This document shows, in pieces, positions 39,035 through 53,096 of a stretch of 64,000 nt of DNA. The stretch spans positions 49,910,001-49,974,000 of the forward strand of contig NC_043004.1 of assembly GCF_006345805.1 (NCBI RefSeq), given 5' to 3'. The translations under genes were made by a program, and so were the position numbers. The notes beneath the pieces were generated by a model, which ran no database searches, was not told the origin of the DNA, and saw nothing but the letters and a program-made list of their open reading frames with translations. Position 1 is the first letter of the stretch; each line of letters starts with the position of its first letter. This DNA comes from Octopus sinensis. Taxonomy: Eukaryota.

Positions 39035-41323
39035 ATATTACTCTTTTACTCTTTTACTTGTTTCAGTCATTCGACTGCGGCCATGCTGGTGCAGCCGCCT
39101 TTAATCGAGCAACTCGACCCCGGGACTTATTCTTTGCAAGCCCAGTACTTATTCTATCGGTCTCTTTTGCCGAACCGCTAAGTGACGGGGACGTAAACAC
39201 ACCAGCATCGGTTGTCAAGCAATGCTAGGGGGACAAACACAGACACACAAACACATACACACATATATATATATATACATACATATATGTAGCGAAAGAA
39301 AAGTAAAAAGAAACAAGGAAAATGCACACTAGGTATAAAAGTAATGGCTTTTTTGTAAAAAAAGATAGTTCGAATTTACAGAAAAGCAAAGACGAAGACA
39401 CGTGTTGGAACAATAAGTAGGTGTATTAGTTTGATGCTCGGGAATAATGGAAAAGTCTTTTACGTCCGGGCCTACGTTCTTGGACAGAAAGGAATAAGAA
39501 GGTAAAAATTGAGAGGGAATGAAAAAAAAAAAAAAAAAACGGGGAAAAAAATAGTATACAATTCAGCGGTCAAACATGGCGTATGACTATAAAAAATGGC
39601 TGAATGAAAAGGAGGTAATGATAAAAAGTGGTTGAATGAAAGGGAAATAATAATTGTGATGCCAACGAACTAAAGTGTGCGATTGTGTTTGTGTATGTGA
39701 GAATGGTGCATGTGAGTATGTGTGTATGTGTGAATGGGGGCAAGACAGTCTGATTTGTGTGTGTGCGCGACTGTAACGTGTGTGTGCGTGTGTGTTTGTG
39801 TTTGTGTAGCAGTTGATGCGCGCTTTTCAAGTGATGTCTGCACATGTGTAACTATGATCGCTAGATCATGCGTTCGATCCCCGGACTTTTATCGAAAGTT
39901 AATGAGGTGCTATTTAAAGAATTCTTCCTCCTTGTATTCATATATTGAAGCGAAAATTTCTAATTTATGTATGTACCTTTGTATGTATGTATGTATGTAT
40001 GTATGTATGTATGTATGTATGTATGTATGTATGCATGCATATATGTAAGTATGAATGATCCATGATAAAAATGTGATCCGCGATTCTTACACCCACCATT
40101 ACGATAGTGGTTTTAGGAAGGCATCCTTCTAGTGTTTTGGAATGCTGTACGTATGTTTGGGTATTTGGCGGGGGTTGCCATGAATGAGGCTCTATATGTT
40201 ACTTCGAGCCGCTAGAAACAGCAGTTACATCTACAAATTTTAACTTGCCGTCTTAGTGTTGTTGTTGTTATGACTGTTGTTTTTGTTATTGTTCTTACTT
40301 TTTTGATACTGTTATTGCTGTTGGAGTTGTTGTTGTTATATTTATAGTTGTTGCTGCTGCCTGTGTTGTTATGGTTGCAGTTACTGTTGTTGCTATTGTT
40401 GCTATTGTTGTAGCTGTTGCTATTAATGAAGCCGCTGTAAATATAACCCTAAACAAAACAAACGACATAAAATATTAACCAATAACAAATCTCTCCGTGG
40501 ACATCTCACCTGCCGGTAAGACCAACCATATTGCTGGCATATTACCCATTGAGAGCTTTAAAAGATAAACCGTCACTCACAATCGAGCATAACCTGGAAG
40601 CATGTACCATGCTATCGCTTATATGGTCGCGAGTAGACGTAGATAATGTTTAAAACCTCTCACCGTTAGCCCCGTTAAACATGGAGGGCGTGATAGCCTG
40701 GGGGAGGGAAGGTTGCACCAACAGTCAGCTAGCACTCATTTTCAAATGGGAGTTTCGTATACCGTGAAATGATATGCCTCGCTCAAGGGTACAACATGCT
40801 GTCTTGTCCAATAATCACACCTATTACTTTAGGATTCTGTTGAAATCACGTAAAATGATGGGCCTTGCTCCAGGGCACAACATGTCGTCTTATCCAAGAA
40901 CTGAATCCGTCTTGAAAAATTAAAAGACCCACACGTACTATTGCCTTTAGAATGTTCTTAAAAGTATAAGGTGCTCCTGGATAGAACGTTTTTAATCATA
41001 AATCTGCTAAATCTGGGCTGATCGAGGACTAAAACAACAACAGCAATCCAAGCCAGTCCGGGGAGCCTTATGATAAGATAGCAGTTAAATTTCCCTTAAA
41101 TCACACTCAAGCTATTTGAGAGACGGTTTAGTCAGTTTGGTATACATTTGAACATAGATCAGTTAGTTCTGGGTCGACGTATAGCTAAGCAACAGCAGTA
41201 ATATCAACAACGACGACAACAACAACAGAAGCTGCAGCAGCGATGACGACGACGACGGCAACTGTATTAAAAACTAGAACCCATCAAAAATTTGTTGTTC
41301 TTTCTATTCTTTCCCTGTTTCAG

Positions 41324-41395
41324 GTTGAAGAGCCCATTGAGTATTTATACAAACTGAGTTTCAATAAAGAGCACAGCCAAGACACAATGACAAGG
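41324..41395 (+). CDS. GRL shared (constant) exon C1: VEEPIEYLYKLSFNKEHSQDTMTR
   Basis: Polypyrimidine tract plus CAG acceptor, 72 nt phase 0-0, GTGAGT donor. It continues the Q[VL]A frame of all V exons and matches the GR post-TM6 helix pattern. Confidence 0.85.
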
Positions 41396-41935
41396 GTGAG
41401 TTATTTTGTTTTCATTGTATGTATGTATGTATGTATGTATGTATGTATGTATGTATGTATGTGTGTATGTGTAACTGGTAGATTCCCTCTTTTCACTCGT
41501 CAACACCAAAGAGCTAACTTTTCTTTGAAAGCGTTTAGCTTTTCACAGCATTTCAATATATCTGTTTTTTTTCTTTGAAGAGATAGACTCAGATCCTTCA
41601 TACGGGGAAAATATTTGTCAAATAAGCTAGCATTTCATTGAAGTCTTGTGATTCCAATTCTCCAAGCAAATCATAGTCGCGTTCCACCATAAAAGATTTG
41701 CTGTCTTCTCGCAGTTCGTCCTAACGACTCTACCAGATCACTGCCATACTTTACAAAGAAAATATTAGCAGCTATTTTTATTTTCCTACGTTTCACTATT
41801 CTAGAATAGCAATACATAAAAGAGTTTTAATCGTAATATAGGTTCATTTCTTAATGAAATCGAACAATTATTGACAAATAACCTCAAGTTCTTTTTATTC
41901 CACTATTTTTTCTTCCCTTTAAAAAAATATTCTAG

Positions 41936-42022
41936 ATTTCTCTATTCTTCGCAAGAGTCTCCAATCCAAGCTACCTCACTGCCGCCAAAATGTTCAATAT
42001 CGACTCCTCAACAATACTTATG
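41936..42022 (+). CDS. GRL shared exon C2: ISLFFARVSNPSYLTAAKMFNIDSSTILM
   Basis: TTCTAG acceptor, 87 nt phase 0-0, GTAAGA donor. LTAAKMFNID matches the conserved GR TM7a motif (hTA.g.F.hd). Confidence 0.9.
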
Positions 42023-42615
42023 GTAAGAAACAACTCTAAGTTTTCTGTTTAGAATCTAGAAATTCTGATAATTTAAAAGAGTTATTAATGTAAATATAAA
42101 AGAGTTATTTATGTAAATACGAGACAATTATTGAGGAAAAAACAAAAGTTTGCTGGATTCACAAATATAGTTTCTTCTTTAATATTTTTTAATTAACATG
42201 ACTGGGGTTTCTTTTTGTAACATTTTCATGCCAGACAATGTTTCCAGCGACCGAAAAATCATTTCATACACATCATAAAATTAATATGGAATTTTTAATT
42301 ATTACTACTAATGGAAATGTGAATGTCACAGTGATATATATATATATATGTAATATTGGTATATATAATATATATATATATATTGTATATATATATATAT
42401 CATATATATAATATAATATATATTATATATATTATTATATATATATAATATCTAATATATTTATATAATATATATATATATATATACTATATATATATAT
42501 ATAATAACAGGGTAATAAAGGTTTTAGAAATTTTTACTACCAGTGGCCTAGCGTGTAGAAAAATTAGTCAATAGATTATATATTATTCATATAAATACAG
42601 TGTACATTTACACAT

Positions 42616-42808
42616 AAGAGGTATCTGTCATAGGATTCCTGGCACGCTAGAAGGAACAGCCAAACTCCAAACCTCTATTAGCGATAAAACCTCGAAGGAA
42701 AGAAAAATAAAAACATTTTTCATTCCCTTCGAGGTTTTATCGCTAATAGTGGTTTGGACTTGGGCTGTTCCTTCTAACGTGCCAGGAATCCTATGACAGA
42801 TACCTCTT
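42616..42808. repeat. Inverted repeat (~80-bp arms, ~25-bp spacer) in intron 3
   Basis: AAGAGGTATCTGTCATAGGATTCCTGGCACG.. pairs with ..CGTGCCAGGAATCCTATGACAGATACCTCTT. Confidence 0.85.
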
Positions 42809-42829
42809 GTTGTTTAAATGTACACTATA

Positions 42830-42890
<61 letters not shown>

Positions 42891-43049
42891 ACTATATATA
42901 TACTAAACGATTATCTAAGTCCACATTTGCTCTACATAGGCATATTATACCTTTTGGGAATCAGGACGATCCCGGGATTGAAAATCTGCCCTTAATTTGC
43001 TTCTTGGGATCCACCACGGGGATCTTCTTTAGAAGCATATGAGTTGCTA

Positions 43050-44337
43050 CGAGGGGCGTTCAATAAGTAATGCCCCTGACTCACTTCCCATAGCAGCAGA
43101 GCAACGAAACTTGGCACAGTTATTAGTTTTTTTCTACATAGGAACCACCCAGAGTTACGCATTTCTCACATCGTTTGATGCAGCTCTGAAGACCGTTTTT
43201 GTAGAAGACCCCAGCTTGGTCCTCCAACCACGACGTGACTTCAGAAATCAAGGCTGCATCATCTGGGAAACGCTTCCCTTTCAAAAACAACTTCATGGCT
43301 GGGAAGAGGTGAAAATCAAAGGGTGCAAGGTCAGGAGAGTAGGGGGGATGGGGGATGAGTTCATAGCCGCACGCCTGTGCTTCTGATCTGGCGACACGCG
43401 AGTTGTGAACCGGAGCGTTGTCCTGCAAGAGGAGGATGCCTTTGCTGATCTTGCCCCGCCTCTTGATTTTGATAGCTTCTCTTAATTTCCTCAAAAGTGA
43501 AGCATAATAGGCTCCTGTAATTGTGGCACCCTTTGCCAGGAAATCTGTCATCAATACTCCGTCCTGGTCCCAGAAGACTGTGAGCATGACCTTGCCAGCA
43601 GAGGGCTGCACCCTTGCCTTCTTTGGAGGGTGAGTCCGGTGTTTGTCCACTGCATTGACTGGGCTTTGGTCTCTGGATCATAGTGATGGACCCAGGTTTC
43701 ATCCTGTGTAATCAGTCTTTTGAAAAATTTTGACTCATCTTCTTGGCACATCTCCAAATTCATCCTCGAGCAATCGACACGTTCTTGCTTCTGGAAAGAT
43801 GTGAGCAACCTGGGAATCCATCTGGCAGACACCTTTTACATATGCAAATGGTCATGAATGATAGTTTCCACAGACCCGGTACTAATCTTGACCTCATGGG
43901 CTATTTGGCGAATAGTTATGCGTCGATCTTCCAAAATGGCAGCCTCAACACGACGGACAGATGCCTCATCAATGGCAGAAGGGGGCGACCAGATCTGGGA
44001 GCTGTTTCCACAGAGTTCCGACCATGTTTGAATTCACGATGCCAGCGTTTTACAAGGTCATATGATGGGGCATCATCACCATAAGTTACTTTCATTTCAT
44101 CAAAAGTCTCCCGTGGTGTGCGTTCTTTCAAATACAAAAACCGGATCACTGCTCGACACTCAACAGGCTCCATTTCACACTTGACTCAGTTCAAACACCT
44201 GTAAATCAGAAACCACAATTAGTTCAGAGCTGTAATTTGCCACTTAATCTATAAAGATATATATAATTGTACATGCAAAATTTCTAGATCAAATAACTGC
44301 AAGTGGGTCAGGAGCATTACTTATTGAACGCCCCTCG
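43050..44337 (-). mobile_element. Full-length (1288 bp) mariner DD34D transposon with frameshifted transposase
   Basis: 31-bp TIRs (CGAGGGGCGTTCAATAAGTAATGC[C/T]CCTGAC, 1 mismatch) and a TA TSD. Motifs WIPRLLT, DETW, DNAPVH and YSPDLAP are split across three ORFs. Confidence 0.95.
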
Positions 44338-44682
44338 TATTTCTAGCAAGTAAAGCTTGCCTGATTAATGCCATCTTGGTTGGCGCTTGTCAGATGACGT
44401 CAGAGTCAAGGGGGAGATAAATGTCATTCGCTTCATTAATTTTACGTTGAGATGAGAACTTTAGTACAATTTGGCCAACAGTTGGAAATTAAACAGGGAC
44501 CGGAACCACAGAATGATTGTATTACAGAATTAATTCTCACCTGTCGTTAACTTCTAATCAAACACTGCCGGGGCATATAGTCATAATAGACGTATTATAG
44601 TGATAATAATTAGTTCTCTTCAATTAACCCCCAGCAGGAGCCAGCTTAAATGTCCTCACAGAGTGCGGCTTTTAGGTTAGTT

Positions 44683-44731
<49 letters not shown>

Positions 44732-44768
44732 ACTATATATATATATATATATATATATCATATATATA

Positions 44769-44818
<50 letters not shown>

Positions 44819-45226
44819 TATATATATATACATATATATATAATATATATACATATATATATATACATATATATATTATATACATATATATATATATTTA
44901 TTTACAACTGTTTCAGGCAGGTGCGGGTAAGTGGCACGGACAGAAGTGTTAGTTTTTCAAAATAAACCACCATGTAGACTGCGGTGGTCTATAAAATAGA
45001 AACAAACTATTAAGATATATTCTTTGTGTGCGGCCTGGGTTCAAATTAACCCCGGTGCAATCCTGGTCCGGGTCCGGTAGTTGGGGACCTCTGCTTTAGG
45101 CTATAATATACTATTCGCAAGTGAGAAATCTTAACCATTAATAATGATGATTTTTTTTTCCGTATAAAGTTGTTAGACAAATAAATATTAAGACAATCCG
45201 ATACAGAAGAAATGAGTAGTTTAGAG

Positions 45227-45463
45227 CACGGTTCTCAGCCGTGGGATCCGTAAGGCTCTTAGGGGTCCATATAAGATTTTGAAGTTAAAATGAATGCACA
45301 ATAATTTGGTTATACTTCTACTAAACACAAAATATTTCAACAATTTATTCATACAGGTCCTAACAATATTTAATTATAAAAATATAAAGGGATGTTTTTA
45401 AACATGAGCGGGTCCACCTGAGTAAAATAGAAACCAAAAGCGTTAAATGGTTGAGAAGCTCTG
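45227..45463. mobile_element. hAT-type MITE
   Basis: TIRs CACGGTTCTCAGCC and GGTTGAGAAGCTCTG, with an imperfect 8-bp TSD GTTTAGAG/GTTTAGGC. Confidence 0.65.
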
Positions 45464-45951
45464 GTTTAGGCAATCAATAGTTACAAAGTTCAATAGTTGA
45501 TAAATCAATACTTTAAAAAAATTGGTTAATTTAATTCCTAATAAATAATTGTTTAGAAATTCTATGCGTGTTATTTAATTCCCTGCATGATAATTAATTT
45601 TGATTAATTTTCTCGTATTTCTAATGTCATATACTCTGACTAAATTATTTTGCAAATAATCTAAGCCGACGACCAAATAGTTTGATTTAACCAATTAGTA
45701 CCTAAACTCGCTACTAAATAATCAACACTGACTACCAAATAATCTGTTGATCACCAGTTACTGTACAATGCGAACTCTAATCTAGTGTGACCATCATATC
45801 TACACTGACCTGCACATACTGTAAAATTATCAACAAACACTGTACAATGACCCTAGAATATTTATTTCGCTATTAAATAGAATATGATATGACTTTGGAC
45901 TGTTAATCTGAACTTGTTTTGCCTCTCTTATTTCTTCTCTTTCTTTTCCAG

Positions 45952-46071
45952 ATATCTGGGACTCTCTTGTCCTATGGAGTAATAGTGTTCCAAACTAGTT
46001 CTGTACATCCATGTGATAAAAATATGACGGCGTTCACAGGGAATATGACCGGGAATGCTACATTTGGCTGA
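45952..46071 (+). CDS. GRL shared terminal exon C3: ISGTLLSYGVIVFQTSSVHPCDKNMTAFTGNMTGNATFG*
   Basis: Strong polypyrimidine tract plus CAG acceptor, phase 0. SYGVIVFQ matches the TYhhhhhQF TM7 signature of GR/OR/GRL proteins. TGA is at 46069-46071. Confidence 0.9.
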   Translation: MSGTLLSYGVIVFQTSSVHPCDKNMTAFTGNMTGNATFG

Positions 46072-46274
46072 GTTTGTTCATTCAGATTAACATTTCATTG
46101 ATTTAATACTCACTTCGTTGTTGCTGTGGTTGTTGTCGCCGTCAATGTTACTTTTAGTTGTTTAAACAAGCAAACGTTGACAAAATCTCACTTTCCTTTT
46201 TTAAGTTTTAATCACGTTTTCTTCTGTAATTCATTAAATATTTCTTAGAGTAATTGTAACATTCTTTGAAAGCG

Positions 46275-46280
46275 AATAAA
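46275..46280 (+). terminator. Candidate polyadenylation signal of the GRL locus
   Basis: AATAAA about 200 nt after the stop codon. Weak evidence in AT-rich DNA. Confidence 0.3.
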
Positions 46281-47263
46281 CTTGGTATCGTTATCAAAAG
46301 TTTCTGTATCCAAAGCTATAATAAATACTCTATATTTAAACCTTTATCATTCAAATTACTCTGTCAAATGTAATGCCTCTTTCTTCTCATTGCTTTGAAT
46401 TTATGTATTGTCGCGTAACCTTGAGAATTCGATTTCTGTCCGCGTTGAACAACATGCAGCAGGAACACTATTTTGGCCGGATATGGCTGATTTAAATGCT
46501 AGAAGGATAAACTACTAACTAAATGAAGGCGGCAAAATCGCAGAATCGTTAGAAGGCCTGATAAAATACTACACGGCATTTATCCTGTCTTTAAGTTCTG
46601 AGTTCAAATGCCGTTAAGATCTACTTTGCCTTTCATGCTTTCGGGGGTCGATAAAATAAGTACGAGTTGAACAATAGAGGATAGAGTCGATGTAATCAAC
46701 TCACACTTTTCCTTCGAAATCGCTGGCTTTGTTCCAAAATTTTCAAAAATTTTCTATAGTGGGGAAAGCTACTTATTAAATAAGTACGCAACAATTCCTA
46801 AACTCCGGTTTCTTGCAAGTTTAAATATTCACTGCGTCCAATTCATTACAAATTTAAATATTCATTGCATTCACTGCGGAGTATTCCATTTCATTTGCAA
46901 AGTCTCACTTTCTCTTTTAAGTTTTAATTCACTATTAATGTATACGTAATTTAAAAACATTATTTATTGAATGAAAACTTTTGAACGCGGGAAAGCGTTG
47001 AGAAGAGCCTAGGAAGTGGGGAAATTACGATTAGAAGACGAGGAGAAAAAAGACAAAAAGTTACCGATAAGTACTCCAATCTTGCACTTTATTCACAGTT
47101 TCTAGACACAACTTCAACAGTCAGACACACGCACACACACACACATACACACACCAATACACACACATACCAATACACATTCGCGCACACACATATATAC
47201 GCATACGCACAAATGAAAGGCAATGTATGTGTGTGTGCACGTATGTGTACGAGTGCGTGCGTG

Positions 47264-47321
<58 letters not shown>

Positions 47322-48703
47322 TCGTTGATACAACTTCGTGCTGCATCACTTTTTTTAGGTTTTGTAACTGATCAGCTCGCGGTTTCGAAGCGACGAAAAT
47401 ATTTTCACAAAAACGAAGCTGTAATGTTGAAGTGCAACTAACGGTGTTTGTGTGTTCTTGAATGGTTTACGAACATATTTCACGCTGCAATCGTTTTTGT
47501 TTAAGCACACGAAGACGGATCAAGTCATTTGCTATGCAAGTACATCTCCGTAACTTTTTAAAACACTGTGGATAAATGCCAGCAATGACCTTTTAAGGCT
47601 CTCCAATATTCTAATTTCTAAACAGAGATAATCGGGGGCAGGGAGTGGGGTTGCAAAAAATTCCTAATTCCTGAAATTTTCTTTTTTATAGCATATAAAT
47701 GTATTTATGGGGAAAAACTACTGAAAAACATTAATACGTGCGAGAGTGATAAAGAAACGAGGATCGTTATCTTTCGATGTACTAGAAACAACAGGCTAAT
47801 CGCCCTTAAGTCACTTTTCCCTCTCAAAATGTTAACAATTTAAAAACAATTTTACCGAAAATGCTCTTCCCATGGCTTTGAAGTGCAAGCAAAAAAAAAC
47901 TGGCCAAAATAAGTCCGAAGTGGGATGATAAGGGAGAGGTGTGTGAAAAAAAAAAGGTTTTCAAAACTTTTTCCATACAAAGATGCCCCCCCCCCCCGCC
48001 AACCCCATTATTTCGAAGGCTGTGGATTAGAAAAAACAAAAAGGGGAAAATCCTCGAAAAAATTCTTCCCACAAATTTCTTTATAATCGTAATCTATGTC
48101 GTTTGAAAGGGATTTGCATAGATTTTCATTAAAAGATACCCACCTTCCTGAAAGATATGAGGAAAAAAGTCAGATCGTGTGAATTTTCTGAAACTCCTCT
48201 CTCTACCCCCTTACAAAAATTTCCCATAAGTCTCTATATACTTTGAAACCACAACATCTAACATTTGTAGAAAATTTTGTTAAAAAGTATCCATTTTCTC
48301 GAAGTTATGAGGCAGCAAAGTCGGAGGCGTATACATCTGATGTAATGCCCTTTTATTAATACGATTTTTTCATTTCATGTTTATTTCATTCATTGTTTGC
48401 AATGTTTTCTCTCTTTCTCTCTCTCTCACACACACTGCAAAGTTTACAGATGGGCTGCTGAATTTGAAATCTCTATGTTGCTTTGAGGGGAAGGTAAAAT
48501 TTGACAAACTGATTCTCCCTCTGTTGTTGGACTACAGTGATGTTTGTTTAAAAAAAGAGAAATTATGACTGTGATAAAATAATGAAAGCAATATTTACTA
48601 AGTAAATGAGCACTATTACATTAAGAAATAATTAGACGTAAATATAAAAAATTATTAGAAATGGGAATCAAATTTGAAAATATTATGAAGGGGCTTGCAG
48701 AAA

Positions 48704-48731
48704 ACCGCCCGGAGGGCGGTCCTTTTGCTAG
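48704..48731 (+). mobile_element. Helitron-type 3' terminus
   Basis: Perfect ACCGCCC-GGA-GGGCGGT hairpin followed by CTAG^T. The 5' end could not be defined. Confidence 0.55.
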
Positions 48732-49679
48732 TATTACTAATTATGTTTATAATATATTGATTAAATACCTTATTTTTGTACATGGAATTTTCGTGCACAT
48801 AAATAATTTAAATTGGACAATAATATTAATTTAGATAAAACTCACAGGGGTTGATGTACTGAATTATTTAAGCAAGTGATAATAAATTACCGTATTTTAA
48901 CGTGGATAAGGAACCTTTTTTTCTTTCAAAACTTAGGTTTAAAAAATATAGGATTTTTTTTTATACATAGATAGTTTTATAATCTCTTACAAAACCTTTT
49001 TTCCAAATTATAAGCCCCCAAAATTAGGTTTCCTTATACACGTTAAAATACGGTAATTGAAAATGTCCCCTTAGTTGGAGACAGAAAAGATAATTCTACT
49101 AATAATTCTTAACGACTTTCTAAGAGGATATCATTCAAGAAATTATTAATTAATTCCACGAAAGTAACTTATATGCTTGTAGGACAATCTGATCCTTCTT
49201 AGAAGGCAATATAACGGCTAACTACGTGTTTAGACTTTGCTGAAGCTCACCCCGAAACGAATGATTTAAACGTCAGCGAGAAAATGGAATAAACAGACGA
49301 AGTCGCCCGTAATTTTTGTTTTACAGGGAGTTACACAAACTCTCTTTTCAGTTCAACTGTTATTAATCCGACGAACTAGAGACTTCACCGAAAGAAATCT
49401 GTAACCTATCACAGAGTTGTTAACTAAATTCGGTATAAAGTATTGGGTTATCAAATGTATTCGATCGTTTTTTATTTCTTTTGTTTTGGGCTCTACTCCT
49501 TCTCTACCACATTTGCAAATCGTTTTTGAAACTCTCAAATCATTGATGTATCTTTTTCCTGGCTCGCCGTCAATTACAACAACTGTTCCAATTAATCTGA
49601 TCAACAGAACAACCTGCTCATGAAGTTAACGGGCAAATGGCTGAACATACACACATACACACAGAGATGGAGACACAGC

Positions 49680-49830
49680 GTGACAAACCTGGCCCTTTGA
49701 ATTACAGGTATGACTCATTTTTGACGTGAAATAAAGTGTCTTGCTCAAGGATACAAAGCACTGCCGGGCATCGAACGTACGACCTTACGATCGTCCGTCG
49801 AATACCCCCTAACCATTGAGCCATGCGCCC
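49680..49830 (-). mobile_element. tRNA-derived SINE head
   Basis: Minus strand GGCGCATGGCTCAATGGTTAGGG..GTTCGATGCCCGGC..CCTTGAGCAAGACAC. Confidence 0.65.
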
Positions 49831-50463
49831 TCACTATATATGTAGCCCGAGATGTTCGTGTACGTAAATAAGGTATTTCCCCAATATATTTCCAATTCAG
49901 TTGCTACTATAAATAAAAGAATACGAAAATATGTCTTGATACGGAAACTTTTGATAACGATGTTGATAATCGCAATCATGTCTTAACAACGTGGGATCTT
50001 TCTCTTCTTCTGAGAGAAATGAGACTGGAAGAGAGTGAGAGGGGAAGAAGTTGAGCCAATCTCAGTAAGGCACAGGTATTTTATTTATCCAGTCCGAAAG
50101 GCTGAAAGGTGAAAATGACCTCGGTATGATTTGAACTCAAAGCGCAGGCAGCAATTTATGAAAACAGGTCGCCTATTATGAATATATTATGTGCGTACAC
50201 ATAGACACATACTTACGTACATACATGCACGCATGCACACATACATGCATGCATACATACATACATACATACATACATGTGTATGTATGTACGCGTGTGT
50301 GTGTGCATGCATATATCTATCAATCTATTCATAAACACACACCTACACATACCTGCGCGCGCGTACACTGTATGTATGACTATAAAGTGACACACATACA
50401 TACATGTGCATATGTGCGTGTATGTGAGAGAGAGAAAGAGAGGAAGTGTGTGTGCATGCATAA

Positions 50464-50552
<89 letters not shown>

Positions 50553-51535
50553 CCTACCTACCTACCTACCTACCTACTTACCTATCTAATCAAAATAAGC
50601 AACAGGATATCCAGAGGTGATGCCCTATGACAGTTTCAAGCGACTCCATTTAATTGGACAATGCAATCATTATATCAATTTAAATGCAGAGCTATCCTCA
50701 GCTGCATAAATAAATGATTAGAATTTTTTTAATCAGTAGGACACATTTTTATAATTTTAAACAAAAAAAATACACACAGCTGCGCCCGTGTACACTGTAT
50801 GCATGTCTATAAATGGACGTGAAGATGGATCATCATCATCATCTTCATTATCAACATCGTAATTAAAGTGTGCAAAAAGTACAAGAGAAATTATGATAAA
50901 GAAATATTATGATAAAGAAATATGAACGAAATAATGAGCAGTGATAGAAAGGAGAGAAATGATCCTGGTTTTAGAATATATATTCCTTAAGCGAGTACTG
51001 AAAAAAGTCGAATGCTAAAATGCAGTTAAAACAGATGCAAAAGAAAAGAAGGAAATGCTATTAGTATGGTCCAAGGGAGATAACTTATTAAAAGATTCGA
51101 TTGTTATTTCCCTTGTACTATAACTGACTTTTGTGTATATGTTAGTATTGTTACGTACGAATTTTAAATTTTCTTTCGTTCCCTTTAAATTATTTCACAA
51201 ATGATTATCTTAAGAAAAGTAAGAGACTAATGAATTTGGTCAGAGTTCGTCCTTAGTTCAACAAACTTAATCAACATTGAGTTCATCAAATTTCAGTGAG
51301 ATAAGACTTATTTTTATTTAAGTAAATAGAAATCTGTAAATTTGTAAGCTTTCTTATCATTTATGGATTTCTGGTGATTGGAAAAGGGGGGGAGCTCGGT
51401 GATGAAAGAGAGAAAAAGATCATTTTCGAAAACAAATGAAACATGAACTAAATAGGGAGCCCGAATAATAATGCGACTTGCTAGAAATTGCAGCCAGAAA
51501 TCTCTCTTTTATGTCATCTCACTGTAGTAATAAAG

Positions 51536-51544
51536 GAAGAAGTA

Positions 51545-51584
<40 letters not shown>

Positions 51585-52033
51585 AAAAGAGAAAGAAAGA
51601 AGGAAGGAAGGAAAGAAAGAAAGAAAGAAGGAAGGAAAAAGAGAAAGAAAGAAAGAAAGAAAGAAGGAAGGAAAAAGAGAAAGAAAGAAAGAAAAAAGAA
51701 AGAGGGAAGGAAGGAAGGAAAGAAAGAAAGAAGGAAGGAAGGAAGAAAGGAAGGAAGGAAGGAAGGAAGGAAAGAAAGAAGGAAGGAAGAAAGGAAAGAA
51801 AGAAAGAAAGAAAGGAAGAAATAAATAAAGAAAGAAACAAAGAAAGAAGGAAATAAGGAAAAAAGAAAGAAAGAAAGAAAGAAGGAAATAAGGAAAAAAG
51901 AAAGAAAGAAAGAAAGAAAAAAGAGAAAGAAAGAAAGAAAGAAGGAAGGAAGGAAGGAAATAAATAAATAAAGAAGGAAAGAAAGAACGAAAAAAGGAAT
52001 AAGAGAAAAAAGAAAGAAGGAAGGAAGGAAGGA

Positions 52034-52069
<36 letters not shown>

Positions 52070-52495
52070 AGGAAAAAGAGAATAAATAAATAAAGAAAGA
52101 AAGAAAGAAAGAAAGAAGGAAGGAAGGAAAAAGAGAAAGAAAGAAAGAAAGAGGGAAAGAAGGAAGGAAGGAAGGAAAGAAAGAAGGAAGGAAGGAAGGA
52201 AGGAAAGAAAGAAGGAAGGAAGGAAGGAAAGAAAGAAAGAAAGAAAGAAGGAAGGAAGGAAGGAAGGAAGGAAAAAAGAAAGAAGGAAATAAGGAAAAAG
52301 AAAGAAAGAAGGAAATAAGGAAAAAAGAAAGAAAGAAAGAAGGAAGGAAGGAAAGAAGGAAGGAAATAAATAAAGAAAGAAAGAAAGAATAAGAGAAAAC
52401 AGAAAGAAGGAAGGAAGGAAGAAAGAAGAAGAAAGAAGAAAGAAGAAAGAAGAACAGAGAATAGAAAAATAAATAAAGAAAGAAGGAAGGAAGGA

Positions 52496-52547
<52 letters not shown>

Positions 52548-52897
52548 AAAGAGAAAGAAAAAGAGAAAGAAAAAAGAACAAGAAAGAAAGAAAAAAAAAA
52601 AAGAGACAGAAAGAAAGAAAGAAAGAAAGAAGAAAGAAGAAGGAAGAAAGAATGAAAGAGAAAGAAAGAAGAAAGAAAAAAAGAAAAGAAAGAAGAGAAA
52701 GAAAGAAAGAAGAAAGAAAGAAAGAACGAAAGAAGAAATGGAGACAGAAAGAAAGAAAAGGAGACAGAAAAAAGAAAGAAAGAAGAAAAAAAGAAAGAAG
52801 AAAGAAGGAAAGAAAAAAGGAAGAAAGAAAGAAGAAGGAAAAAAGAAAGAAAGAAAGAATGAATAAGAGAGAAAAAAAGAAGAAGGAAGGAAGGAAA

Positions 52898-52938
<41 letters not shown>

Positions 52939-52997
52939 AGGAAGAAGAAAAAGAAAGAAAGAAAGAAAGAAAAAAGAAAGAAAAAAGAAAGAAAAAA

Positions 52998-53038
<41 letters not shown>

Positions 53039-53062
53039 AAAGAGACAGAAAGAAAGAAGGAA

Positions 53063-53096
<34 letters not shown>

